Assembly (NCBI GenBank): GCA_913009335.1
Contig: CAJVXN010000004.1
Location: forward strand, 2,349-66,348
Length of the DNA: 64,000 nt
From: an uncultured bacterium
GTDB lineage: Bacteria > Omnitrophota > Gorgyraeia > Ghiorseimicrobiales > Ghiorseimicrobiaceae
Direction: 5' to 3'
The notes beneath the pieces were generated by a model. That model searched no databases. It had not been told where the DNA came from and saw only the letters and a list, made by a program, of their open reading frames with translations. How positions within the stretch are numbered: the first letter of the stretch is position 1; each line of letters begins with the position of its first letter. The position numbers and the translations under genes were made by a program. Below are positions 17,853-28,337 of this stretch, one piece after another.

Positions 17853-20390
17853 CTAATATTTTACCATCACGCTAATTGCCTTAAGTCTTTCTTGCGCAAA
17901 TTTTGCTTCATCAACATCCATAAGCGAAATCTTAATATAAATACTCTCTGCTTCTTTCCAGTCTTCCCGATTTTCAAAAATACGAGCCAAGCGCAAATAA
18001 CTTTTAAGCAGCCAATACCTATCCTGAGAATGTAAATATGTATTTGTAAGATAGGCCTCAATTGCTTCGTTAATCTTGCCGCTTTCTTCAAAACTCTCAG
18101 CAATCTTAAACTGGATCTCGCCTGCCCCATCCGCGCCCGCGCTATCTAAAGCGCTCTTATAAGAATAAATAGCTTTATCAAAATCACCCAATTCCTTATA
18201 AACGTTTGCTAACTTAACATGCGCCTCTTTAAAAAAACCAGGATAATCCGATAAGCCTCCTCCGGAAGTATCAGAAGAGGCTATCCCCATGGATAAAACA
18301 CGTTTGTAAAATTCTAAAGCTTGCCGGTAATCCCCTTTATCAAAATAGATATCGCCTATAGCAAAAAAAGCCCGTGCCTTAAATTCCGGACTGCCGGTGC
18401 CCGATAAAGCTTCAAACTGAGACATAGCTTCATCATATTCCCCTGAAGCATAATAAATCCAACCTAAAGAATAATACGCGTCAGAGATAAGATCACTATC
18501 CGGATATTCCAAAATCAAACGTTTAAAATGCCTAATTGCCACCTCATTATTAGCTGAATTTAAATAATGTTCTCCTAAAAAATAAATAACATCCGGAGCT
18601 ATCACCGCATTCGGATAACGAGAAAGAATCTCTTTAAATTTTTTAACTGAAAGTTTTTTCGCGCCTTCTTGATAAAGACAATTTGCGATCTCATATTTAC
18701 ACTTTATAACTAGATCAGAATCCTGAGGATATTCCTTTATCGCTTTTTTAAATATTCCTCGCGCTTGTTTATAATTACCTAGATTCAACAAAGAAATTCC
18801 TTCCAGGTAAAAACCATGGGATCTCAACGGACTATCCTTAAACAATGAGACAAAACGATCCAACCATTCACTAGCTCTTTTAAAATCATCTTTCTGAAAA
18901 TAACTAACACCAATATAATACTCTGCCTCATCCCTGAAATTACTATCCGGATAATTTGCCTTAAGGCTTTTAAAACTTAATATCGCGTTTTCAAATCTAC
19001 CCATTTTTAACAAGCATAGGCCGGTATGATACTGTACGTAATCACCGTATAAACTATCCGGATAGTCCTTTAATATCATATCATAAGCCTCTATTGCTTC
19101 CTGATACTGACCCAAATCCTGATATGTATCCCCTATTTGAGACAATGCGCTTACCTTCATTATATTATCACTTGAAAGTTCGGCTACTTTCTTAAATTCC
19201 GAAATTGCGCCGGAAAAATCGCCGATCTTTTGGTATGCCCAAGCAAGATTATAACGAGCTTTATTTCTGAATTCAGGAATGGCGAGGTTGTCTTTATCCA
19301 AAAAAGTATTCAGGATATATTTATATAACGATACCGCTTTTTCATATTGAAGTAACGCGTATAAACTTTCAGCCTTACCAAAATATGCAGATGCTACCGA
19401 TTCATGTTTAGGGAATTTTTCGATTAACTCATCATAAATACCAATAGCTAATTCAGATTCCTCGCTTGCATAAAAAATTTGTGCCTTACCAAGCAAACTA
19501 CTGGCATAAACCTCACTTAAAGATTCTTCTATTTCATCAAAAGCATCTCTTGCTTGCGAATATTGTTTAAGCTTAACATAAGTCCAACCCAAACCCACTA
19601 ATGCTAAATCCGCTAAATTTTTATCATGCGCGGCATTAGCAACAACTAGATAATCTTTTACCGCCTCACGAAAACTATCCAGATAATACAAGCTTTCTGC
19701 TCTATAAAATAAAGCTTCGAATCTAACTTTTGATTCAAAATGGTTTTTTACAAAAAAATCAAACTCTTTCTTTGCCTGGGAATATTCTTTAAGGTTATAA
19801 GAACAAAGTGCGATTTTAAAATCAGTATCTTCTATTAACGCGGCACCGGAAAAAGCATCTCTTAATTGCAGAAAACTTTTTTTTGCTTCTCTAAATTTTT
19901 CTTCTTCAAAAAGTGACCATGCTAAAGAATAATGAGCAAAAATAACATATTCAGACTCACTAAACTCATCAATTAATCTCTGATAATAAACTCTTGCCTG
20001 AGGATAATCCCTGCCCTTAAAATGCACTTCGGCTATCCAGTATAAAACCGCATCCTTAATAGAATCAGATTCCGAAGAATTCAATAATTGCCCCAAAGAA
20101 TCTAAAGCTTCCAGATACTTCTCTTTAGAAAAAAGACATTGGGCAATCAAAAGCTTTACCTTAGGAATCAACTCGCTCTGGGGATAATCTTTTATAAAAC
20201 GCTGTAGTAATCCCAGGGATATCGCGTAAAATTGATCTTCAAATGCTTTCTCTGCCACAAAAAGATCATCTTCTTCTTTTGCGGCAAAAACATCAACTAC
20301 AGATAATAGTTGAAAAACGCTTAGAATTAAGAAAATCAATATAGTAAAGGAATATTTTCTATTAGACATATCAAAAAATATTTGATACAT
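17853..20390 (-). CDS. Large tetratricopeptide-repeat (TPR) protein with a signal peptide
   Basis: 845 aa. N-terminal signal/TM, then more than 15 TPR-like repeats rich in A/Y/L. Confidence 0.8.
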   Translation of the reverse strand: MYQIFFDMSNRKYSFTILIFLILSVFQLLSVVDVFAAKEEDDLFVAEKAFEDQFYAISLGLLQRFIKDYPQSELIPKVKLLIAQCLFSKEKYLEALDSLGQLLNSSESDSIKDAVLYWIAEVHFKGRDYPQARVYYQRLIDEFSESEYVIFAHYSLAWSLFEEEKFREAKKSFLQLRDAFSGAALIEDTDFKIALCSYNLKEYSQAKKEFDFFVKNHFESKVRFEALFYRAESLYYLDSFREAVKDYLVVANAAHDKNLADLALVGLGWTYVKLKQYSQARDAFDEIEESLSEVYASSLLGKAQIFYASEESELAIGIYDELIEKFPKHESVASAYFGKAESLYALLQYEKAVSLYKYILNTFLDKDNLAIPEFRNKARYNLAWAYQKIGDFSGAISEFKKVAELSSDNIMKVSALSQIGDTYQDLGQYQEAIEAYDMILKDYPDSLYGDYVQYHTGLCLLKMGRFENAILSFKSLKANYPDSNFRDEAEYYIGVSYFQKDDFKRASEWLDRFVSLFKDSPLRSHGFYLEGISLLNLGNYKQARGIFKKAIKEYPQDSDLVIKCKYEIANCLYQEGAKKLSVKKFKEILSRYPNAVIAPDVIYFLGEHYLNSANNEVAIRHFKRLILEYPDSDLISDAYYSLGWIYYASGEYDEAMSQFEALSGTGSPEFKARAFFAIGDIYFDKGDYRQALEFYKRVLSMGIASSDTSGGGLSDYPGFFKEAHVKLANVYKELGDFDKAIYSYKSALDSAGADGAGEIQFKIAESFEESGKINEAIEAYLTNTYLHSQDRYWLLKSYLRLARIFENREDWKEAESIYIKISLMDVDEAKFAQERLKAISVMVKY

Positions 20391-20558
20391 TCACTGGTAT
20401 CATACCTTACTCTTTAGAGCGAGGTATGAAAACGCCGTTCAGTATCAATCCTGAGCATACCTCGACCTTTAGGCCGAGGTTAATCGAATGGATTGATTTT
20501 TTATCTCTATTTTATTTTAACACCTAAGGGTAATTTTGCAATGCTAAATGTATTATTT

Positions 20559-23369
20559 TCACCTGCTGTTTTTAATATTTTTAAATGCCTTCTTGAGATA
20601 CTGCCCAGTATAAGAAACCCTATTTCCAGCAATTTCTTCCGGTGTGCCGGCAGCAACAACTTTACCCCCATTGTCTCCCCCATCAGGGCCTAAGTCAATA
20701 ATATAATCAGCGCTCGCCAACACGTCAAGATTATGTTCTATCACAACTACTGTATTGCCCCGCTCAACAAGTTTATCCAGGACTTTAAGTAATTTATCCA
20801 CATCAGCAAAATGTAAACCGGTAGTAGGTTCATCTAAAATATAAAAAGTATTACCTGTTGCGCGTTTACTTAATTCAGAGGTAAGCTTTATTCTCTGGGC
20901 CTCGCCTCCGGAAAGAGTAGTTGCCGGCTGTCCTAATTGAATATACCCTAAACCTACATCAATTAATGTCTGCAGAATGCTTTTTATCCGCGGTATATTC
21001 GCAAATAAGACACAGGCTTCCTCAACAGACATCTCTAAACAATCGCTTATTGATTTTCCTTTATACTCTACTCTTCGCGTCTGCTCATTGAAACGTTTCC
21101 CCTTGCATAACCCACAGGTTACATAAACATCAGATAAAAAGTGCATCTCTATTTTTTTTATCCCGTCACCACGGCACTCCTCGCACCTTCCACCTTTAAC
21201 ATTAAAACTAAACCTCCCCGGTTTATACCCTCTGATACGTGCCTCGGGCAAGCGGCTAAATATTTGCCTGATAAGACTAAAAACTCCCGTATATGTAGCT
21301 GGATTTGACCGCGGAGTTCTACCGATTGGCGACTGATCAATTTCAATCACCTTATCTATAAATTCTACACCTTTTATCCTATCGAACTCACCAGGCTTTA
21401 TCTTGGACTTATAAATCTTCTGCTTTAGCGCCTTAAATAAAATTTCGTCTATTAAAGTAGATTTTCCAGATCCGGAAACTCCGCTAACACAGCTAAAAAC
21501 ACCCAACGGTATAGAAATATCAATATTTTTTAAATTATGCTGCCTGCATCCAAATAATTCCAGATGTTTCCCCTTTTTTATGCTGCGACGCTTTTTCGGT
21601 ACATAAACTGACAAATCTCCTCTTAAATATTTAGCTGTAAGGGAAACGCGACTCTTTAGTAAATCTCCGATTTTTCCTTTAAAAACTATTTTCCCTCCAA
21701 ATCTTCCCGCCCCGGGCCCTAAATCAATGATATGATCACTTTCTCTTATAGTCGCCTCATCATGCTCAACAACAATAAGAGTATTACCCAAGTCGCGCAA
21801 AGACTTTAACGTTGAAAGGAGCCTACAATTATCCTTCTGATGCAGGCCTATGCTCGGCTCATCTAAAACATAGACTACGCCCGTAAGACCTGAACCAACC
21901 TGCGTCGCCAATCTTATCCTCTGGGATTCGCCCCCTGAAAGTGTTGCGCTCTTGCGTCCTAAAGTCAAATAGTCAAGACCTACATTTATACAAAAATCTA
22001 AACGTTGATTTATTTCTTTTAAAATATCCTTCGCGATCAACTGCTTCTCTGTTGAAAAACTAAGCTTGCCGAAAAAGCTCTTTGCGCAGATTAAAGACAT
22101 TTCTGTTATAGCATGAATAGACTTACCAGATATCCTAACAAACAAACTTTCTTTTTTTAGACGGCTACCTAAACATTGCGGACACGGCAGGACTGACATA
22201 AATTTAGAAATCTCATTCTTAAGATAGTCGCTATCGGTTTGATTAAATAATCTTTCTAGATGCGGCAAGATTCCTTCAAACGGTTTATTCCATATCACTT
22301 CATCAGACCCGTAAATTATTGCATTTTGTATTTTATTACTCAGGTTTTTAAAAGGTGTATGCAGACTAAACCCTAATCTATTCGCAAGCTGACGAAGTAA
22401 CATGCGATAATACATCAAATAACCCCTGCCGCCCTTTTTCCAGGGAGCTATTGCTCCCTCAACAATTGGTTTATCGCGGTCAGGAATAACAATATCCAAA
22501 TCAAATTCCATTTTTGTGCCTAATCCGTTACAGGCAGAACAAGCACCATAGGGAGAGTTAAAAGAAAAAATTCTTGGCTCAACCTCTCCCAAGCTTATCC
22601 CGCAATCCGGGCATCCGTAGAGCTCACTAAAAAGCATCTCCCTATTATCATCTAAGACAATTATCACCACTCCTTTACCTGCCTTTAATGCCGTCTCAAT
22701 CGAATCCGTAATTCTTCTTTTATTGACATCATTAACACTAAGCCTATCAACAACCACTTCAATCTTATGTATTTTATATCTATCCAGTTTAATCGGTTTA
22801 TCCAACTCGCACGTTTTACCGTCAACGCGGGCGCGCGTAAAACCCTCTTTCTGCATTAGGCCAAAAATTTTAGCATACTGGCCCTTTTTTCCTCTTACAA
22901 TAGGAGCTAATATTTCAATTTTTGCACCTCGAGGTAATTTCATGATAAGATTTACGATTTCTTGCGGGCTTTGTCTTTTTATAACCTTGCCGCATTTATA
23001 ACAATGAGGCGTACCTGCCTTAGCAAAAAGAAGCCGTAAATAATCATAGATCTCTGTTTGGGTCCCCACCGTAGAACGAGGATTTCCGCCTGCGGTTCTT
23101 TGCTCAATTGAAATTGCCGGAGATAATCCCTCGATACACTCAACATCCGGTTTATCAAGCCGTTCTAAAAACTGACGCGCATAACTAGAAAGGCTTTCCA
23201 CGTAACGACGTTGCCCCTCAGCATAAATCGTATCAAAAGCAAGGCTTGATTTACCAGATCCGGAGAGACCGGTTACAACAACCAGCTTATTGCGGGGAAT
23301 CTTTAAACTTATATTCTTTAAATTGTGGACTTTTGCGCCACGGATATTAATACACTGTTCTTTACTCAT
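20559..23369 (-). CDS. uvrA: Excinuclease ABC subunit A
   Basis: 936 aa. Two ABC modules ([12 protein letters not shown] and [10 protein letters not shown]), zinc fingers and LSGGE signatures. Confidence 0.95.
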   Translation of the reverse strand: MSKEQCINIRGAKVHNLKNISLKIPRNKLVVVTGLSGSGKSSLAFDTIYAEGQRRYVESLSSYARQFLERLDKPDVECIEGLSPAISIEQRTAGGNPRSTVGTQTEIYDYLRLLFAKAGTPHCYKCGKVIKRQSPQEIVNLIMKLPRGAKIEILAPIVRGKKGQYAKIFGLMQKEGFTRARVDGKTCELDKPIKLDRYKIHKIEVVVDRLSVNDVNKRRITDSIETALKAGKGVVIIVLDDNREMLFSELYGCPDCGISLGEVEPRIFSFNSPYGACSACNGLGTKMEFDLDIVIPDRDKPIVEGAIAPWKKGGRGYLMYYRMLLRQLANRLGFSLHTPFKNLSNKIQNAIIYGSDEVIWNKPFEGILPHLERLFNQTDSDYLKNEISKFMSVLPCPQCLGSRLKKESLFVRISGKSIHAITEMSLICAKSFFGKLSFSTEKQLIAKDILKEINQRLDFCINVGLDYLTLGRKSATLSGGESQRIRLATQVGSGLTGVVYVLDEPSIGLHQKDNCRLLSTLKSLRDLGNTLIVVEHDEATIRESDHIIDLGPGAGRFGGKIVFKGKIGDLLKSRVSLTAKYLRGDLSVYVPKKRRSIKKGKHLELFGCRQHNLKNIDISIPLGVFSCVSGVSGSGKSTLIDEILFKALKQKIYKSKIKPGEFDRIKGVEFIDKVIEIDQSPIGRTPRSNPATYTGVFSLIRQIFSRLPEARIRGYKPGRFSFNVKGGRCEECRGDGIKKIEMHFLSDVYVTCGLCKGKRFNEQTRRVEYKGKSISDCLEMSVEEACVLFANIPRIKSILQTLIDVGLGYIQLGQPATTLSGGEAQRIKLTSELSKRATGNTFYILDEPTTGLHFADVDKLLKVLDKLVERGNTVVVIEHNLDVLASADYIIDLGPDGGDNGGKVVAAGTPEEIAGNRVSYTGQYLKKAFKNIKNSR

Positions 23370-23407
23370 ATTAAATGAAGTTAATGTATAAATACAAACT
23401 CGGTAGG

Positions 23408-24277
23408 CTACTTGATACCTTTTACTTCAACGGATGTATGTCCATACTGCTGATACCTGTTAGTTTTAACCTTTACATCGCAAGGATTACAATGACCAAA
23501 ATTTGAACAGTCTCTAAATTTATTTTCGATTTGAAAATCCGGACTTAAAATATGCCCTATCGGATTTAATCTTTCATAAATATCGGCATGACAGCGAAAA
23601 ACACTCCCCTCACTATCTATCAAAAATTCCGTTGTCTTACATTGTACTTTCTTTCTGAATTTTTTATCACAGACGCCACTATACCTATAGGTTCCATATA
23701 ATTTCTTTTTATATTCGCCAAGAAACTCTTTCATGCGAAAATCTATTCCCTCTTTGCGTGCCTTACTTTGCGCCTCAGACATTATTTTTTCATATCCGGG
23801 TCGCATTACCCCCCATATACCAATACTGAAATTTGCCTTTAATAATTTTGAAGTTTTATGAATAGTTTCGTCTAAATCCATTTGCTCGGGATGGTAACTT
23901 ACGCGAATAGAAGCATAAGGAGCATCCCGCCTTAGTCTCTCAGGGTCAACCTTACTTTTAAATTCATCAATATCGAATCGTAAATTAGTTAATATTTCAA
24001 TATACAAATCTGGTTTTATATTATTTATTATGTATATGAAATCAGGATGTAAGCTAGGCTCTCCGCCTTGAAGAGTTATCGGTAAATCCTCTCGAGAAAT
24101 AATACGATTTAGACCACGGACCCAATCTTTTCCGGAGATATTCTTTCTTTTTATAATACCCTGCTCAAAGTGATTAATACAATAATGACATTTAAGATTA
24201 CAGGCAAAAGTTAAAAATACGCCAATATAATTATAATCCTCTGGAACTTGGACAGGTTTAGTAATATTGGTTTCCAT
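23408..24277 (-). CDS. Radical SAM enzyme with a Cys-rich (SPASM/twitch-like) C-terminal region
   Basis: CNLKCHYC plus LQGGEPSLHP. Seven C-terminal cysteines including CSNFGHCNPC. Confidence 0.75.
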   Translation of the reverse strand: METNITKPVQVPEDYNYIGVFLTFACNLKCHYCINHFEQGIIKRKNISGKDWVRGLNRIISREDLPITLQGGEPSLHPDFIYIINNIKPDLYIEILTNLRFDIDEFKSKVDPERLRRDAPYASIRVSYHPEQMDLDETIHKTSKLLKANFSIGIWGVMRPGYEKIMSEAQSKARKEGIDFRMKEFLGEYKKKLYGTYRYSGVCDKKFRKKVQCKTTEFLIDSEGSVFRCHADIYERLNPIGHILSPDFQIENKFRDCSNFGHCNPCDVKVKTNRYQQYGHTSVEVKGIK

Positions 24278-24299
24278 TTTTATTGAACCTCATTAGAAA

Positions 24300-24839
24300 T
24301 TAATTAAGCTCTGTTTTTTTATTTAAAAGCCGCCGCTTGAAAAATGCTAGAATCTTTGCCATCCATAATACTATAGATCCATAAATAAAATATTTATTGT
24401 CTTTCAAAATTACCTGATTGGTTTCAATAAGCCTCACAAATCTGCGATTAATTATTTCTTCTGCGCTATAGCGCTTTAAGATTTCATCTAAGGAAAGGCC
24501 CTCTCTGGCCTCGAATAGCTCGCGAACAATCCTTATTCTGCGGGCCGTCTCCCCTAAATTTATAAAGTGAAAATAGCAATACCCTAGCGCAGCATATGTC
24601 AAAAGATTTATCAAGATATCGGCAATAAAATCTTTAAGCAAACCGGAATATGCTGAAAAAATATAAAATTCTAAGGCAAATAAACTAATAACTCCCGCAA
24701 AAAAACCTAAGAATATAGAATTTAATAAGCCTATCTTCGGCAGGCATCGGGAAGTTCCAACCTGCAACAATATGTTTACTAGCAAGCTGACCATCAGAAA
24801 GATAATATTTAAATAATCAGGGTTCATTAGCAACCTCAA
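24300..24839 (-). CDS. Hypothetical membrane protein, paralog of 24836-25363
   Basis: Four predicted TM segments. The soluble C-terminal tail is similar to that of the upstream paralog. Confidence 0.4.
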   Translation of the reverse strand: MRLLMNPDYLNIIFLMVSLLVNILLQVGTSRCLPKIGLLNSIFLGFFAGVISLFALEFYIFSAYSGLLKDFIADILINLLTYAALGYCYFHFINLGETARRIRIVRELFEAREGLSLDEILKRYSAEEIINRRFVRLIETNQVILKDNKYFIYGSIVLWMAKILAFFKRRLLNKKTELN

Positions 24840-25363
24840 CCGCCCTTAGGAGCATTTAGCAATTTGCGATAAAATATAAATATATTTGCCAACAAAACTC
24901 CTTTAGGAGTTATTCGATATATCCCCTTATCGAGAAAAAGCATTTTATCGCGAAGTAGATCATCAATCCGCGGCCTTACTAGAAAATCATTCGTCATAAT
25001 CTTCTCTATTTTCTCTTTGGTCAAACCGGATGAGGCGGCTTTAGAAATATACAAAACTATCAGTAGTGACGGACTATCTACTTCTATGGCCGAATATGAA
25101 ACAATATAAGCTAGGACTAATGCGCCATAGGAGAAAGAAATAAGCAAATATTCAGAAAATCCCTGAGGCAAACTAAGACCTAGAAATGATACGGAAGAAT
25201 ATATTCTAGAGAAAAAAATACCGGCTATTAGAACACCAAAAAATATTTTTAGTAATCCTATAGTATGATTTTTTTTAGGCAAAGATACTCGCCAAATAAT
25301 AAAGTGAATTATAAACGCTAAAATAAATAGAAAAATGACATAAACTAGTTTATTCATAAACAA
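24836..25363 (-). CDS. Hypothetical membrane protein, a tandem paralog
   Basis: The C-terminus FLVRPRIDDLLRDKMLFLDKGIYRITPKGVLLANIFIFYRKLL aligns with VRLIETNQVILKDNKYFIYGSIVLWMAKILAFFKRRLL of the neighbor. The two genes overlap by 4 bp. Confidence 0.4.
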   Translation of the reverse strand: MFMNKLVYVIFLFILAFIIHFIIWRVSLPKKNHTIGLLKIFFGVLIAGIFFSRIYSSVSFLGLSLPQGFSEYLLISFSYGALVLAYIVSYSAIEVDSPSLLIVLYISKAASSGLTKEKIEKIMTNDFLVRPRIDDLLRDKMLFLDKGIYRITPKGVLLANIFIFYRKLLNAPKGG

Positions 25364-25394
25364 AAATACTATTGGCTATAGATTACTAAATATG

Positions 25395-26498
25395 TTAGAT
25401 AAAATTCTTATGTAAAACCTGTTTGTCTTTTGGCATCGTAAAGCTTGCGCCGCTAGACTTCAAATCCCATAAAAATTCATTTACTTTATGCTGGAGGCAT
25501 AGCGTGCCGCACATAATCTGTGCATTAAATTTATCAGAAGCAATAAAATTCAAAACATCCCAATAGCGCTCATCCTGCCATATTTCCTTAAAAGATTTTT
25601 CTGCGATATTACCTATATGATATTTTTTATATTTACTGTTAAATAACATTCCGCAAGGTGCGACCAACCCCGAACCGGAAAACTGCATAATAAAGGCAGG
25701 GGCATAACATTGTTTGTATTTACGCTTCCCTCCGCTTAAAATCTTAGACCACTTAACCGCAACTTTATATTCGTGCGTTGAATATTTCTCTGCCTCTTTT
25801 AAAATATCTATACATGACTGGTATTTTAAATAATCCACTCTCAGGCTTCCAACTTCATCATCACTGCAATGTTTAAAAATAAGATAATCTACTCCTAGAT
25901 CTTTACCGAGTTTTGCCAGGGGGATAACCTGATCACTAAAACGGGGGAGAAAAACCATCTGTAGCCCTATAGTAACCCCCAGCAACTTATCCTTTTTAAT
26001 GTTGACACACTGACGAATAATTTTCACTACCCTCTCAAAGCATTTATCATCGGTCCCGTGTATATCAGCATATCTTTTTGCACCTGCCGCCGAAATATTA
26101 AATCGTATATAGGTTAAAACGGATAATATCTCTTCAAGCCTATCTTCCTTTAATAAATACCCATTAGTTCCAACAGCCATATCTAGGCCATTGGCCTTGC
26201 CCCTCAAAACAGCATCGTAAAAATAAGGAGAACAGGTGCTTTCTCCGTCACTAACAAAACTTACTCCTTTAACGCCTATATCGGCTGCGTCATCTAAAAA
26301 CCTAAATATCACATCTTTAGTTATCTTCTTTTCATCGTTTGCCTGTAAGGCACCATAGCAATAAACGCATCTATAGGTACACCTACGGGTTAAAGCGCAA
26401 TCAATAGTAATAGGCGCTATTTTTTTTCCTTCTAGCCATGCCTTAAGGCGCTCCTCATGGTAAGCCAACTTTTGCCCATCGAGAACTAATTCTTTCAT
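25395..26498 (-). CDS. Radical SAM/SPASM-domain enzyme, paralog of 29350-30420
   Basis: CTYRCVYC cluster. C-terminal SPASM-like region with GNIAEKSFKEIW and CGTLC. The N-terminus aligns with the 29350 protein. Confidence 0.75.
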   Translation of the reverse strand: MKELVLDGQKLAYHEERLKAWLEGKKIAPITIDCALTRRCTYRCVYCYGALQANDEKKITKDVIFRFLDDAADIGVKGVSFVSDGESTCSPYFYDAVLRGKANGLDMAVGTNGYLLKEDRLEEILSVLTYIRFNISAAGAKRYADIHGTDDKCFERVVKIIRQCVNIKKDKLLGVTIGLQMVFLPRFSDQVIPLAKLGKDLGVDYLIFKHCSDDEVGSLRVDYLKYQSCIDILKEAEKYSTHEYKVAVKWSKILSGGKRKYKQCYAPAFIMQFSGSGLVAPCGMLFNSKYKKYHIGNIAEKSFKEIWQDERYWDVLNFIASDKFNAQIMCGTLCLQHKVNEFLWDLKSSGASFTMPKDKQVLHKNFI

Positions 26499-26523
26499 CT
26501 GAAATTATTTTTATTGAATAAAT

Positions 26524-27303
26524 CTATGCATTATTTCTTCTGGTTTGCGTTAGTGAATCACGGCTAAATCGTCTTTTACCGTTTTTATTTTTATGAAAAT
26601 AAAAATCTTTGACCAATCGTAAATACCCCCTTACAACCTGGTATAGAGAAGGAAAACTAACAGCTTTAGATACTCCCTCTTTTCTTAAACCCAGCTTATA
26701 GGGAACCTCGGCAAAAAGATAACCTTTTTTTACCGATCTTATCAAAATATCCGTCTGGAAAAAGAAACCATTACTTCTATAATCCAAATCATCTAAAATA
26801 GACTTACGATACAGAACCGTCCCGTTAGTATAGTTAAAATTAACCAGAAATGTCGTATTAATAATGAAACGGTATACAAACGAAAGCATGTTCCTAAAAA
26901 GAAGTCTTGTCTCTCTATTAAATATAAAAGGAATAACAATATCTACATGTTCCAATAAATTATAATAGCGGAAAATTTCCCGGGGATCATTTTCATTATC
27001 TCCGGGCAGCATAACAACAATATCTCCTGTTGCGCCCGCAACTCCATCCCAGAAAGAAGCGCCAATACCTAACGGTTTATCATGCCGGATAATAGAAACT
27101 TTTCCTGGGTTTTCGTTTATTTTTTGCTCAATCAAAATTCGAGTATTATCCGAACTACCATCATCTACTACAATAAGCTCCCCTGCTATATTAAAAGTAT
27201 TAAAATCTTTCAATACATCGTTGATTGCATTGGATATATTTGATTCTTCATTAAGCGCTGGCATAATAACGCTTAATTTATTTTCATCCATCTTCTTATT
27301 CAT
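26524..27303 (-). CDS. GT2 glycosyltransferase, Dpm1/ArnC-like polyprenyl-phosphate sugar synthase type
   Basis: LSVIMPALNEESNIS and VVDDGSSDNT GT-A/DxD architecture. No TM tail. Confidence 0.75.
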   Translation of the reverse strand: MNKKMDENKLSVIMPALNEESNISNAINDVLKDFNTFNIAGELIVVDDGSSDNTRILIEQKINENPGKVSIIRHDKPLGIGASFWDGVAGATGDIVVMLPGDNENDPREIFRYYNLLEHVDIVIPFIFNRETRLLFRNMLSFVYRFIINTTFLVNFNYTNGTVLYRKSILDDLDYRSNGFFFQTDILIRSVKKGYLFAEVPYKLGLRKEGVSKAVSFPSLYQVVRGYLRLVKDFYFHKNKNGKRRFSRDSLTQTRRNNA

Positions 27304-28337
27304 AAAATTCGCTTAACTGCCTTAATAATATCTTCTGAATCCAGATAAAATTCTTTTTCTAAAACAGGACTACTGGGAGTAGGCGTGTCAGCAAGACTAA
27401 TTACCTGGACATCTGATTTTAAATAAGGCCTTAATTTATTATGCATGCGCCCCAGAAGTATCTCGCCTATACCGCCACTAGCCCAACCTAAATCAGCAAA
27501 AACAAGCCTCCCTGTTTTCTTAACAGATTCAATAACAATTTCTTCGTCAAAAGGATTAAGTGATCTGGGATCAATAATTTCTATATCTATATCTTCCCGT
27601 TTTAATTTTTCCGCAGCCTTCATCGCTTCCTGTACCATTAATGATACGGCAACTATTGTTACATCTTTACCGGCCTTACGAATAAAACCTTTTCCAATAG
27701 GTATAAGATATTCTTTGGCAGGGACATAATCTTTAATATCATAAAGCCACCTATGCTCGATAAAAATAACGGGATTATTATCGGCTATACTTGCAAGTAA
27801 TAATCCTTTTGCATCATAAGCGCTTGACGGCATAACTACTTTAATTCCCGGCATATGCAAAAACAATGCATGTAGAGCCTGAGAATGCTGCGCTGAAGAA
27901 CCCCAGCCTCTACCGATAATGGAACGTATAACCATAGGGACAGCTACCCTACCGGAAGACATATAACATATTTTTGCTGCATGATTAAGTATCTGATCAA
28001 ATGAAAGAAGCATGAAATCCATTCGCATGTGTACTAAAATAGGCCTCATTCCACAAACTGCTGCTCCGACGCAAAAGCCGGTTAATCCGTTCTCTGATAT
28101 CGGTGTATCCATTACCCTACCGGGAAAATCCTTATGCAAATTAAGTGTTGATCCAAAAACACCTCCGGGATCATCAACACCTTCACCCATCAGGAAAACA
28201 CGGGGATCTCTCTTAAAAGCCTGAAAAGAGGCCTCTCTTAAGGCCTGTCTAAATTCAAGCGTCCTTTTATTCTTATCTAGAGAAGGAAAGGCTAAATTTT
28301 TAACGGCATTATCAACCGCTACTTTTGTCCAGGGCAT
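27300..28337 (-). CDS. Thiamine-diphosphate-dependent 2-oxoacid dehydrogenase E1 component, beta subunit (transketolase-like Pyr and C-terminal domains)
   Basis: 345 aa. E1-beta fold (FLMGEGVDDPGGVFGST...). Overlaps the alpha subunit gene. Confidence 0.8.
   Translation of the reverse strand: MPWTKVAVDNAVKNLAFPSLDKNKRTLEFRQALREASFQAFKRDPRVFLMGEGVDDPGGVFGSTLNLHKDFPGRVMDTPISENGLTGFCVGAAVCGMRPILVHMRMDFMLLSFDQILNHAAKICYMSSGRVAVPMVIRSIIGRGWGSSAQHSQALHALFLHMPGIKVVMPSSAYDAKGLLLASIADNNPVIFIEHRWLYDIKDYVPAKEYLIPIGKGFIRKAGKDVTIVAVSLMVQEAMKAAEKLKREDIDIEIIDPRSLNPFDEEIVIESVKKTGRLVFADLGWASGGIGEILLGRMHNKLRPYLKSDVQVISLADTPTPSSPVLEKEFYLDSEDIIKAVKRIL

Noticed and set aside
17867-18130. 87 aa minus-strand ORF nested in the 3' end of the TPR gene in another frame
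   Set aside because: It lies fully inside the TPR coding region, is Lys/Arg/Leu-biased and has no independent signals. It is an overlapping-frame artefact.
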